This document shows positions 39,630 through 50,019 of a DNA stretch of 64,000 nt, piece after piece. The translations under genes were made by a program, and so were the position numbers. Location: NCBI GenBank assembly GCA_965213815.1, contig OZ243917.1, forward strand, positions 1,626,832 to 1,690,831. The letters run 5' to 3'. This stretch comes from Alphaproteobacteria bacterium. Lineage in GTDB: Bacteria > Pseudomonadota > Alphaproteobacteria > SP197. The number at the start of each line of letters is the position of its first letter. Positions within the stretch are counted from its first letter, which is position 1. The notes beneath the pieces are model-generated. The model worked only from the letters and a program-made list of their open reading frames with translations. It had not been told where the DNA came from and did no database searches.

Positions 39630-41215
39630 CTATTCTTCTTCCTTGACCCTAGCGCCGAAGGCACCGGCCACCGAGCCATCGCTGAACACGGCACCAAACT
39701 CGCCGACCACGGAGCCCGGATGGGGAGCGACACCTTCGACGGCCGTCACGTCCCCATGGAACGTCGCGCTGAAATCGCCGACATCGTCGTCGCCCACCAT
39801 GGTGTTGCCGGACGCTGTGCCTTCAGCCGCATCGATATCACCATCCAGAGCCGCAGACCAACTGTTCTCCTCATCGCCCGACAACATGAAGTTGCTGACC
39901 ATGCCAGTGAGAGTGTTCAGCAGGTTCTCAGCAATGGTGCCCGTGTCGTCACCATCGGAAACCGGAACCTGACCGAAGGTTGCCTTCAGGTTGACGGTTG
40001 CATGGAAGTCGCCGGAACTACGGTCAATGACGTCACCCGTGGAGGAATCATACTCATTGTTCATCGTGTACACGCCAACTGCGCCACCGCTGTACTCGGC
40101 GCTTCCCGTGACACTGGCAACACTTCCGCTTGTCTGAGCCGACGAACCGGCGAAGGTCTCGACCTCGTTATACGTGACCATATCGTCTGCATCCTCTGTC
40201 TTCTGAAGCCAGAAGCCATAGTGCAGGTAGTCATACTGCGGCTGAGGTGACTCGGCACCCATGGCAGGGGTGAACACCCAACCGGTGCCAACTGCGGAGA
40301 TCTCTCCCATTGCATCATATGTGACTTGGCATCGACTAGTACCGGTGCACCGATAGGTGCCCGGTGCGCCGTTGTAGGTGCCTTCGGTTTCGAAGGCCTC
40401 GTCCATATCCGCAGTATCACTATCGTCAAAGGCATAGGTCAGATCACCAGCCCCACTGGACGAAAACCCACTCGCCATGATCTGCGCGACATTGGCAGTT
40501 ATGACATTCAGAGCCGTGTAGTCGTTGGTCATGTTACCGTCACCATCGGTGCCGTCCATGTTTTCATCAAGGTCACGGGCGTTCAGCATCTGAGGCATAT
40601 CTGTTGTTGTCGATGTGCCGTCATCAGATACGGTTACGAGTTCGAAGTCCGCGAACGACACCATTGTTGGTGCGTCACGGTCATTGTAGACGATCGCGAC
40701 TTCTGTCACCACGTTTCCGTCGTCGTCAGCATCATGCATGCGAGTGTGCATGGTGCGGCCATCCATCATGTCCTCAGCCAAATCGAACATGACATCATCT
40801 TTGTCGGTAGCTTCCACGGTGATCGAAACCTTCGTGCCATCTTCATCAATGGCAAGGGTGTAACCTATCACCGGCGTGCCATCGGTCATGGAGCCGCCAA
40901 GCCCAGCATCCGCATGCATTTCAGTGGTCCCCAGACCTCCCTGGGCGGCCTCCGCGGCGATGGCCGTTGCTTTCGTGCCAGCCGCCTTGGTTGTCGCAGC
41001 TAACTCCGCGGCCTCTTCTGCGGCCACATCCTCGGCGCTCGTGCAGGATCCGTCGGTTTCATAGCGGCCCATCGCCATCTCGCATTCTTGTTGCGCGGTC
41101 AGCTCTGGCTCCGGCTCCGGCTCCGGCATAGCCGTCTTGGACGACCCGCCACCGCACGCAGCAAGCCCGCCCGACAGGGCCACGACTGCCGCAAGTGCGG
41201 TAAGTTTGTTTAACG
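39630..41215 (-). CDS. Surface lipoprotein SLP3, a paralogue of SLP2. The body is intact (TbpB-like C-terminus ...GSVAGAFGARVKEEE). The signal-peptide codons (TLNKLTALAAVVALSGGLAAC) are present, but no ATG/GTG/TTG start codon or RBS precedes them (TGCACGTTAAAC in place of ATGACCAGATTGAAC). It is a silent copy or a start-codon pseudogene.
   Basis: Hand translation upstream of track ORF 39630..41183. An in-frame stop lies 14 codons upstream, with no start codon between. Confidence 0.6.
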
Positions 41216-41356
41216 TGCAAGTGGCTTCTGTGGTAGCGTCCGTAGCCGATGGCCTTCAACAGGGGATCCTTCGGCGGACGCGCCATGTCCGCACCATCGC
41301 CAGAAGGCCTTCGACAGTCGGTCGGGAATGCAAGTTCCCGGCAATCCGGAGTTGTC

Positions 41357-42298
41357 ATGACCATCCCATCCGTCCCTGCCCTCGAGGCTCTCCCAGCGGA
41401 GCGCAATCCGGCGATCGTTTACCTCGCAAGTCTGACTGCCGGTGAGGGACGGCGCTCGATGGCCTCGACGCTCTCTCAGCTCGCCGCCATGCTCGGTTGT
41501 AGTGATGCTGCGTCCTGCCCCTGGCACGAGCTGCGCCATCAGCACGTCGCTGCCCTTCGTGCTGTGCTGGCCGAGCGCTACGCGCCAGCCTCGGCGAACA
41601 AGGCCCTCGCCGCGATCCGCGGTGTACTCCGGGCGGCCTGGAGGCTGGAACTGATCCCGACCGAGTCCTATCACCGCGCCATCGACGTGCCGCTCGTCCG
41701 CGGCGCGCGCCTGCCTGCCGGCCGGTCCCTCGAGCCCGCCGAGATCCGGGCGCTGTTTTCCGCTTGTGCCGATGGCACCCCGGCCGGCGCCCGCGACGCC
41801 GCCGCCTTCGCCCTGCTGTTCGGCTGCGGCCTGCGCCGCGCCGAAGCGGTTGCAGTGGAGGTTGCCGACCACCACGCAGACACTGGCGCGATTCGAGTCA
41901 TCGGCAAGGGCAACCGCGAGCGAATCGTCTACGCTACCGGCGGTGCGAAGGCAGCCCTCGATGCTTGGCTGGCTCACCGCGGAGTCGCCGTGGCCGGCCC
42001 GATTCTCGCTCCGGTGTCGCACACCGGCGCCGTCGATGTCGGTCGCGGCATCACCCCGAATTCGCTGATGATGCGTCTGCGCAAGCGGTCCGAACAAGCC
42101 GGAATTGCCGCGTGCTCGCCGCACGACCTCCGCCGCTCGTTCGTGTCGGCAGCCCTTGAGGCCGGAGCCGATCTTGCCATGGTCCAGGCTCTTGCAGGCC
42201 ACGCCTCCCCGACCACAACCGCGCGTTACGACCGCCGCCCTGAATCTGCCAAGGCTGCCGCTGCGCGTCTTGTCCACGTTCCGTTTGCTGCGGTGTGA
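41357..42298 (+). CDS. Tyrosine site-specific recombinase, XerC/XerD-like (about 313 aa; RRAEAV ... HDLRRSF ... TTARYDR). It is divergent from SLP3.
   Basis: R-K-H-R-H-Y signature residues in the 349-aa ORF. The start is probably MTIPSVP. Confidence 0.7.
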   Translation: MTIPSVPALEALPAERNPAIVYLASLTAGEGRRSMASTLSQLAAMLGCSDAASCPWHELRHQHVAALRAVLAERYAPASANKALAAIRGVLRAAWRLELIPTESYHRAIDVPLVRGARLPAGRSLEPAEIRALFSACADGTPAGARDAAAFALLFGCGLRRAEAVAVEVADHHADTGAIRVIGKGNRERIVYATGGAKAALDAWLAHRGVAVAGPILAPVSHTGAVDVGRGITPNSLMMRLRKRSEQAGIAACSPHDLRRSFVSAALEAGADLAMVQALAGHASPTTTARYDRRPESAKAAAARLVHVPFAAV

Positions 42299-42641
42299 CG
42301 ATCAATGCACAGTGCTTGTCCGGTTGTCGTTCAGCACTTGTCTTGCCGACACGTCCGGAGTGCGCTGAAGGTCATCATTTTCTCGCGATCCGCTGCGTTG
42401 GAGACGACCAGGATGAAATCGGTGGCCTCTTGATGAAGTCGAGGCCCGTGGGTCCTCGATGGCCATGCGGTCACATCGCCGCGGGCCAGCCCCAGTCGAA
42501 GTTGGTAGGGGCTTGAACTATCCCAGCAGGACTTCAACGAGGTGTTGCTGCGGCTGCGCCTCTTGTCCTCCCCGGCTTGGCCGATGAACGGGCCACCGCG
42601 CGCCGGGTTCTGGGTGCGGATGGATCAGACGTATTACCGGG

Positions 42642-43694
42642 TCATTCCTGCAGCCGCCATCTCAAGGCGAGGTGGAGACCGATGTCGGGCGCGGACTGGC
42701 CGATGCCGTCGTCCTCCGTGACCGCGGCGTCGAGCACGAGGCGCTCGGTCAGCCGTAATGTGCCACCCATGCCCAGAATTACCGCGGTGTCCGAAAGCTC
42801 AGCCAGGTTGGAGGCGCCGTAGGGCGAGGAATGGGCGTCGATCTGTGCCGTCAGATGTAGATCCTCGAGCACCCGCCAAGTCACGCCGAGACGGCCAAAG
42901 GCGATGAACCGGCCGCCTGTTGCGGCGAGGCCTTCCGGTGCGGCGCTCGTGAGCGCACCGAGTGTCGCCGCGTACAGCCAGCGGCGCGAGATTTCGGATC
43001 CGGGAAAAGCGCCCGAAGTCTCCGCCCACGCTGATGCCGAAAATCTCCCCGAACCGGTCAGTGACTCCGGATCCCCGGTCGGAAGCTTCGCCATCGCACG
43101 CACCACCATGCCATCGTTCCGGAACGGCGGAGAGGCCAGCGCATAGCCCACCCCGAGGCTCGCGTCCCCCAGTGAAAGGACGTCGCGGTCTACGTCAGCA
43201 CGAGTTCCCATGCCGTCGGCATAGAGAAACGCTAGCTGGTCGCGTGGTGCCTTGTCTCGCTCGCCTTGGGGCAGGCTGAAAGTATCGTGCCAGCCCTCGA
43301 TAAATCCGTCGAAGACGCCTGCACTGTGTGCAACCGCCGGAATCTCGAGAAAGTACTCCCAGCCACCTCCGAGCCCGTGGCGCAGCGACAGTGCCTGGCG
43401 GTACGTCTCTCCGTCCATAACGACCCGTTCATCACCGACATAGTCGGCACGCATGTGCGACGCCATGTCAACAGAAGTGACCACTTCCCATGCGCCTTCG
43501 GGCATCACCCGGGCTCCAGACGAAGCTGGCACCCCATAGAGGAGATGGAACGGGTTGAGGTTCACCAGGCGCAGTGGTGTCGCTACACCGTGCTCCTCTG
43601 CGGAAACGGTCTGAGTGGCAGCCGACAGGATGCATAAGAGGAGCGCGTAGGAGAAGCCACGGCGACGGTGGAGGTAATCCATGATAGTGGTCAT
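42642..43694 (-). CDS. Predicted outer-membrane protein with a signal peptide (possibly DUF3187-like).
   Basis: Signal peptide MTTIMDYLHRRRGFSYALLLCILSAATQTVSA. Beta-rich composition. Family assignment uncertain. Confidence 0.45.
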   Translation of the reverse strand: MTTIMDYLHRRRGFSYALLLCILSAATQTVSAEEHGVATPLRLVNLNPFHLLYGVPASSGARVMPEGAWEVVTSVDMASHMRADYVGDERVVMDGETYRQALSLRHGLGGGWEYFLEIPAVAHSAGVFDGFIEGWHDTFSLPQGERDKAPRDQLAFLYADGMGTRADVDRDVLSLGDASLGVGYALASPPFRNDGMVVRAMAKLPTGDPESLTGSGRFSASAWAETSGAFPGSEISRRWLYAATLGALTSAAPEGLAATGGRFIAFGRLGVTWRVLEDLHLTAQIDAHSSPYGASNLAELSDTAVILGMGGTLRLTERLVLDAAVTEDDGIGQSAPDIGLHLALRWRLQE

Positions 43695-44103
43695 GCCGGT
43701 TCCTTTCATCGAGACTCCGCCTCCCTTGTCAATCGACGGGGCAGGACCGAAAGGCCAGCGTCACCCACCGGGTAATCCTCCGTCAACCGCCCTGGAGATC
43801 AACCCCGGCGATCGGGTGCCTGCGGCGAGGGAAAGGGCCCATGACGAAATGTGCGAGGACATCTGCTGTCGTCTATCGTGCGGAAGCCGGTGTTGCAAAT
43901 GACGCGTCACGCTTCGGTGCCATATCGACTCCGGTGCGTCCCGCTGTTGTCCGACGCTGAACCCGCTCGGGTCCGCCCGACGAATGTCCGTGCCTGTGTT
44001 TTGTAGCGCTGCGTATACCGTTGAAACCCAGCTGCACCGCTTGTCGTAACGTAACTGCTCACCCCTCCCTGGGCCACAGACGCGGCATATCCCTGGTGTC
44101 GGC

Positions 44104-44850
44104 ATGGCGATCATTGTTCGCTATGCGGACGATATTGCGGTCGGGTTCCAGTACAAGCGGGATGCGGAGCAGTACCTCCGCGACGTTCGGGAGAGGCTGG
44201 AGTGCTTCGGCCTCGGCCTTCACCCGGACAAGACCCGTCTCGTGGAGTTCAGGCGGTTCGCGGCTGCGAACCGTCGCAGTCGTGGGGCGGGCAGGCCGGA
44301 AACATTCGACTTCCTGGGCTTCACGCACTTCTGCACGACGACCCGGCGATGCCGCTTTCCGCTTGGTCGCAAACCGGTCGCGAAAAGGGTCAACAGGACT
44401 CTGGCGCGCATCGAGGAGGTTCTTCGCGAATGTTGGCATCACGACATCTGGGAGGTCGGGAAGTGACTGGGGCAAGTCTATCAGGGCTGGCTCAACTACT
44501 TCCCCGTCCCGGGGTCGGGCTGGTGGCTCATGACGTTCCGCCGCCGGCTGCAACGCTTGTGGATGCGGACGCTACGCCGTCGGTCCCGGCGAGACCGCTC
44601 CAACTGGAAGCGATTGGCGCGCATGGCCGAAGTCCTTTGGCCACACACGACGATCCGCCACCCATGGCCGGACCAACGGTTCGCCGTCAAACACCCGGGG
44701 CAGGAGCCGGATGGATTACCGTCCAAGTCCGGATTTGTGCGGGGGGGGGGCCGGGTAACCGGCATTCCTACCGCGACTGGGGAAGGGGTTCAGGAATGAC
44801 CCCTTCTACCCGGCCACTGTCACGCGCCGATGTCCTTGGCACCAGGTGCT
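44104..44850 (+). mobile_element. 5'-truncated group II intron 3' fragment. The RT starts at the YADD motif (MAIIVRYADDIAVG...LHPDKTRLVEF...FDFLGFTH), has a frameshift at 44466, then the maturase C-terminus (...WMRTLRRRSRRDRSNWKRLARM...) and domains V/VI.
   Basis: ORFs 44104..44466 and 44530..44799. Confidence 0.55.
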
Positions 44851-45063
44851 GAACCTGGAGAACTTCCTGGTCGAGTTCTGCGTCGGCTCGTAGCATGCAC
44901 GATAGGCATCGAAGGATCACATGATCTGCGCTGCTGCATTGTCCCAATTTCCGATCCGCGTCTCGCGGCGATCCAGCTCCGTGAGCGCCTGCCAACAATG
45001 AATCTCCCTTCGCGAGAGTAGTGCCTCTCTGGCCGTGACGCGGCCAGGGAGCGATTGGTGGTC

Positions 45064-46563
45064 CTACCGCAACTCGCCTCCAAAGGCGGCGGTGAGATCG
45101 TCGCGCTCCAGAACACCAGCTACAGCCTCGTGCCCTGGTCCGAAGAATCCGCCGTCCAGAACACCGGAGTCGTCGTTTGGTGCAGGGCGGTAATTCCCGA
45201 AGGTATCGCCATAACCTGTGTTCACTTGGATCGTGTAGTGCAGGTCGCCATCGCCCCACATAGTTCCTGTTCCCGGGTCCGATGGTTGACCTGCCCAGGA
45301 CTCCAGGCTCGTGAAGTCCACAGTTCCGTCAAGGTCAGCAAGATCAAGGGACATATCTGCATCGCCCATGACCGATCGGGCTGAGGGTGTGAAACCGACC
45401 AGCATTCCCGCCCAGCTCGCACTCCCCGACAGTCGGGGGTTGTCCCATATCCACGTCAGAGGCTCTGGACCCACCGCCCATGGCATGGCGCGGCCGTTCA
45501 TCAGACGCACGCCGAAGAGCGTGACATCCTCGGAGAGCAGACTGTCCGGACGATTCGGCACTGCCAACCCACCGAAGATATGGGTTGCCGTGTTGTCCCA
45601 CGGCCCGAGGTCGGATGCCAGTCCGACCGAAGTCGTGCCCGGTTGGAGTCTGCCGTAGGTGGCCAGCAACATCTCTTGGTCCAGCTGCGACAGCACGAAC
45701 GGGAGGCTGTTGTAGCTGTATGACATGATCGTGTCCGTGCGCCCGTAGAGTGGGACCGGATGCTCGCGGCCGAGGGAATGCAGAATCTCATGGACGAGCG
45801 TGTCCTCCATCTGGATCGCGCCACTCTCGACGTGTAGGTGCTGAGGGTGCGCGGGGTTGATCCAGATCGGAGCGGACCGGATTGAACCGTCCGGATTGGG
45901 ATCCCTTCTCCACGATGCGCCAAGCGTTGCCATGCTCGTTTGTTCCTGCCAAGTGGCAGGCCATTGGCTGCGGGGCGCGAACGTGATGAATATCTCGCCC
46001 AGGGCTTCGGTATTGCTACCTGCTGGCGCAGGCTGGGGGTCGAAGCCCACCTGCCAATCGCCCGGCAGGGCCGTGTTGATCATCTGGACCGCGTACTGCA
46101 CAGCCCCGATCAGATCGTCGGGAGTGCCGTGGGCCACCCTCACGGTTGGCGGCGCGATCCAGCGATCCAGATAACCCACGCCCTCCCGTATGTCGTCCTG
46201 CAATTCCGAAAGAAGGGTGCTGCGTCCGACGCCAGGACTGTCGATCCCATAGACAATCTCGATGCCGTCATATGTGCCGACAGCCGCGCCGACGGCCGAT
46301 CCGGGACGGATAATCGCATCGCCGCCGATGAAGTAGTAACCGGGCAAATCACTCCCCTCGATTACGGAAAGGTCGGTGTAGGGGAAGCCGGTTGGCGATT
46401 GACTGGCGGCCGTTGGAACGGTCGGTTTCATCGACTGTGGGGGCGCAACGGGCGTCGTGGGCCCCGTCGTCGACATGTTCATGGCGGACATGCCGCCTCC
46501 GCCACCTCCACAAGAGGCAATCAACAGCGTGGCGACGAAAGCCGCGATCATTCGCAATGTCAT
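45064..46563 (-). CDS. Surface lipoprotein with a metzincin zinc-metallopeptidase domain (HEILHSLGREH = HExxHxxGxxH; Met-turn IMSY). Lipobox LLIASC followed by poly-Gly. C-terminal SLP-type barrel (...LTAAFGGELR).
   Basis: Motifs in the 499-aa ORF. Confidence 0.65.
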   Translation of the reverse strand: MTLRMIAAFVATLLIASCGGGGGGMSAMNMSTTGPTTPVAPPQSMKPTVPTAASQSPTGFPYTDLSVIEGSDLPGYYFIGGDAIIRPGSAVGAAVGTYDGIEIVYGIDSPGVGRSTLLSELQDDIREGVGYLDRWIAPPTVRVAHGTPDDLIGAVQYAVQMINTALPGDWQVGFDPQPAPAGSNTEALGEIFITFAPRSQWPATWQEQTSMATLGASWRRDPNPDGSIRSAPIWINPAHPQHLHVESGAIQMEDTLVHEILHSLGREHPVPLYGRTDTIMSYSYNSLPFVLSQLDQEMLLATYGRLQPGTTSVGLASDLGPWDNTATHIFGGLAVPNRPDSLLSEDVTLFGVRLMNGRAMPWAVGPEPLTWIWDNPRLSGSASWAGMLVGFTPSARSVMGDADMSLDLADLDGTVDFTSLESWAGQPSDPGTGTMWGDGDLHYTIQVNTGYGDTFGNYRPAPNDDSGVLDGGFFGPGHEAVAGVLERDDLTAAFGGELR

Positions 46564-47040
46564 GGTGCGTCTCCTCTGCGCAGGCGCTCAATTCCTCGAT
46601 CGGCGCGTCGAACTTGTCCTTGATACTCAGGCCCTTGAGAATGCGCAGGAAGTGCCACTTCGACATTTCCCGTGATGGCGGCACGCGAAAACGTGCAAGA
46701 CCTTGTTGTGCAGGGTGATGCCGAAATTGCGGGTCGGGTCCCACGCGACCGTAAAGCCTGGGCATCGTCGGCGTCCTCGCCGCAGGTATCGGGATTGCTG
46801 GCATCGAGATCGAAGCCGACTGCCTCAACGTCACCCCTGACAGTCTCGATCACCGGATCGGGTGTTGCGCCGACCTTGCTGAAGCCATTGTCGGTTGAGT
46901 TGAACTCGCTGAGGAAGGATACCTTCCCGGTCCATTCGTTGAACCTGCCCCTGTTGAAAGTTTCGGCCCAGTAGATGACGACCTTCACTCGGTTGGAGGA
47001 CGTGTCTTCCTAACCCCACCAGCCATCCACCACGCGAAAC
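46560..47040 (-). pseudogene. Unidentified gene fragment (MDCFEGQVFRVVDGWWG / frameshift / VKVVIYWAETFNRGRFNEWTGKVSFLSEFNSTDNGFSKVGATPD...). Function unknown.
   Basis: Hand translation. Protein-like segments lie in two frames. Confidence 0.2.
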
Positions 47041-47535
47041 ACCTGGCCCTCGAAGCAATCCATGTTTCTGTCTTAGACCTCGGTCACCCATTCATCGCCG
47101 CCACGGGTCAATCCGACCCGTCCGTCTTCCGGGTCTATGCGCTGTCAGTTGTCCCATGCGGTGCACAGGATCCCGGCCGTCAGTGTCACCACTGCGATTC
47201 CATTCATGTTCCAACCTTCCGAGCCTTTGCGGCCTGGCGGGATGCCGGACCATTGTCAACATCATAAGCTCAAGCAAATTCCCGCCTGTTCGCCGGGCTC
47301 CGGTGGCCTACCGGTGCCGGTTCAAGGGTTGTTCTATTCAACGGGAGGCCCGGTCGAGCGAGCGTTTGGATGTTGAAGGCAGGAGCGTGGAACCTGTCAG
47401 GGATGAAGTCAACCTTGCTAGGCAACCAGTCTGCGGTACGTCATAAGACGGGTACGCACGATCCGGACCAGCGTGTCGCGGAAGACGTGCGAATTCTTCC
47501 GGTTGCTGAATCGCTACTCCAGTTCCTCAAGGTAG

Positions 47536-47752
47536 CGCTCTATGTGCTTGCGGCTCATCTTCAGACATCCGGACCTCGGCTAAGTTCAGATATGACAATT
47601 GCGTGGTGATGCTCTGTCGATGTTGTAGACGAATCTGAGGTTTGTTCCGGGGTAGACGGTCCAGGTCCGGTTGATCTGGCCGATCAGGGATTTTTCGGTC
47701 GCGTTGTTGGCCAGCCTGAGGACTTCGATCCTGACGATACCCTGTACTCCGG
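47536..47752 (-). mobile_element. Right-end remnant (about 217 bp: IR TTCAGACATCCGGACCTCGGC plus the last 50 or so transposase codons) of an IS related to the 19232-21602 element. It truncates the 3' end of sulfotransferase 1.
   Basis: IR and C-terminal peptide (...LANNATEKSLIGQINRTWTVYPGTNLRFVYNIDRASPRN) homologous to 21400-21602. Confidence 0.55.
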
Positions 47753-48586
47753 GGGAAGATAGCCAAAACGTTCCATCTGGACGCGGTGTTGGGAACAGAT
47801 CCGTTCCACCTGTTCGGGTGTCAGTTCCTGTCGCCAATGCCCGGCTGTGCCCCGTCGGAAGAACTTCTCCTGGGTAGGTGACTTCTCCTTAAAGCCCCGT
47901 TGATCCTCCTGACTCCTCAAGGCCTTGAACGAGGAATTCCTGATCGCCCGCAGAAGTCTTTGCCGGGATGGCTTCAGACCGAGAAACCGCGCCGTCGCCC
48001 CGAAGGTTCTCGAGGGAAGGTCCAGCATGTCCTCATAGCGCACGACGTGAAGGCGCGGATCAGGGTTTCCAGTCCAGCTCTCGACGTTCTGCGACCAGCT
48101 TCCAAGAATGATCCCGACGTTGTTCTTTGTCGGATCGTGCGGCGTTTCGAGGTTGTGGGTCGCCATGTGATCGATCGCCTCGTCGACATCGAATCCCATG
48201 AAATCGGCGAACGACAGGGCAATATCCAGAGGGTTTCGGACGATGTATATAGCACCGGATGTCACGGAAAGGTTGATGGCCGGATACCCTCTTATCGTCA
48301 TCAGCGCATTGTGCGTCTTGCAAAAGAGTGTGTATTTCTGCGCCTGTGCGATCAACTCGTTCACCCTTGGCCGCATGCTCGCCACATCCTTGGATGACCA
48401 CTCAGCGAGTGGTCTTTTGTCGAGCATTTGAAACCACATGAGCGCGCCATCGCTCTGGAAGAGTTCGCCCGCCATCTGGTTGACGTCAAACGCTCGCTCG
48501 CGGTTGTTGAAGAGGTTGTACAGGAATGCCCGCATCCAAGTGTTCCCCGATTTCGGGAAACTTGCGAGCCAGACAATGTTACCCAT
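47684..48586 (-). CDS. PAPS-dependent sulfotransferase paralogue 1 (5'-PSB motif SFPKSGNTW). Its last few codons are replaced by IS-derived sequence.
   Basis: Sulfotransferase P-loop motif. About 65% identity to paralogues 2 and 3. Confidence 0.7.
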   Translation of the reverse strand: MGNIVWLASFPKSGNTWMRAFLYNLFNNRERAFDVNQMAGELFQSDGALMWFQMLDKRPLAEWSSKDVASMRPRVNELIAQAQKYTLFCKTHNALMTIRGYPAINLSVTSGAIYIVRNPLDIALSFADFMGFDVDEAIDHMATHNLETPHDPTKNNVGIILGSWSQNVESWTGNPDPRLHVVRYEDMLDLPSRTFGATARFLGLKPSRQRLLRAIRNSSFKALRSQEDQRGFKEKSPTQEKFFRRGTAGHWRQELTPEQVERICSQHRVQMERFGYLPPEYRVSSGSKSSGWPTTRPKNP

Positions 48587-48653
48587 GGAATGCAGTCATA
48601 ATAAAGGGAGCGACCGCGAGGGCCGCTCCCTTCAACCCGTCCCGAAAGAGACC

Positions 48654-49658
48654 TCAGAAACTGATGCCGAGCGCGACACCGGCGAAGGTCGAGTCGTTGC
48701 CCGTGACATTGTTCGAGTCGCTGCCGACAGCGCCAGCAAGGCTGATACCTGGACCGAGGTTGTAATTGGCCAGCAGGCGGGCCAATTCGGCGTCGGTGTT
48801 CGCATCTTCCTGCTCCACGGCACCGAAGTTCGCGCTGACGGTCAGGTTGCCCATGCTGTAGCTGATACCGGCGTCGAATTGCACGAGGTCATCGCCACCT
48901 GCATCGTAGTCGGTTGTTCGGAAGGAACCGCCGACCGAGACATCGGACATCGAGACCACGACACCCATACTCATGTCTTCGGTCGTAGTATCAGCTGCGT
49001 TATCGTCCAGCGACGCGTAGCCGACCGAGAAGGCGACACCTGCATCACCGAACGATCCGTCATAGCGAATGCCAACGGACGCGACCTCATTGCCTTCGCT
49101 CTGGTCTGCCGGGCTGTTGCGGGCTTCCTCACCGGCTTCCGGTGCATAGGAAAGACCGAACTGGATCCCGTTGAACGACGGCGAGAAGTACATGATGGAT
49201 GCGGAATCGCCAGCGTCTACACCTGCGAACGTGCTCATCCAAGTCGCATTGCTAGAGCCTTCGAACGCACTACTGATGCCAGGAGAATATGCCCAGTACG
49301 GCGTGTTAAGACCGTAGAAGTACGTTGCATACGGCGCCGCCGTACCCATCTGGGCCGATGCCGCGTCGTCGTTGCCGATACGCAGCGTGCCGAACGAACC
49401 CTCGATGTAAGCGTAGGTCTCATCCATCTGATCGCTGGCTTGCTCGCCCTCAAGTTCCATGCGTACGCCGATCTCAAGGCCGCTGTCGAGCACAGTGCTG
49501 CCAGCAAAGCTGATTTCTACGTCGTTCGCGATGGAGATGTCGTCATTGTCGGGCGTGGCGTCGTTGTCGGAGACGGCGACACCCCAGTGCGAATTACCGC
49601 CAACACTGAGCGAGATTGGCTCGGCCATCATCTCATCGGCGGCCACACCAGTGGGCAC
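48654..49658 (-). CDS. Porin cassette 1 (Rhodobacter-type general porin, ends ...GISF). It lacks a start codon, RBS and signal peptide. Homology begins at the shared core CCACTGGTGTGGCCG (49640-49654).
   Basis: Porin similarity to 57111..58148. Hand translation upstream shows no signal-peptide coding. Confidence 0.65.
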   Translation of the reverse strand: MPTGVAADEMMAEPISLSVGGNSHWGVAVSDNDATPDNDDISIANDVEISFAGSTVLDSGLEIGVRMELEGEQASDQMDETYAYIEGSFGTLRIGNDDAASAQMGTAAPYATYFYGLNTPYWAYSPGISSAFEGSSNATWMSTFAGVDAGDSASIMYFSPSFNGIQFGLSYAPEAGEEARNSPADQSEGNEVASVGIRYDGSFGDAGVAFSVGYASLDDNAADTTTEDMSMGVVVSMSDVSVGGSFRTTDYDAGGDDLVQFDAGISYSMGNLTVSANFGAVEQEDANTDAELARLLANYNLGPGISLAGAVGSDSNNVTGNDSTFAGVALGISF

Positions 49659-50019
49659 GTCCCGGTAGCCAACACATTGATATGGTGCGGCATCAGGTCA
49701 GCAGAGATTGGGGGGATGAGAGAATCCAGCCCACTAGTTTCCCGGGCCTGTGACTGATGACCATGGGCCAGAAGTTGACGATGCCATCGATCGCTGGACC
49801 GGAAGTCGGGATCAGCGACTCCTTGCTCACCTCGAATGTCGCATGTCCTCGGGAAGGCAGAAGCACCTCACGCACATGCACCACACGAAGCAGAACGAGG
49901 CCGGAACTTCTTGAAAGTCTCCGACTCTACCCTCCGGTTCAGCCGGCACTTTCGCCGGCGCCAAGGTGAACGAGTCACTCATCTGCACAAGACGACCTTG
50001 TCACACATACCGTCAACAC

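Noticed and set aside
41210-42277. 355-aa minus-strand ORF.
   Set aside because: Antisense to the XerD-like recombinase; G/R/A-rich.
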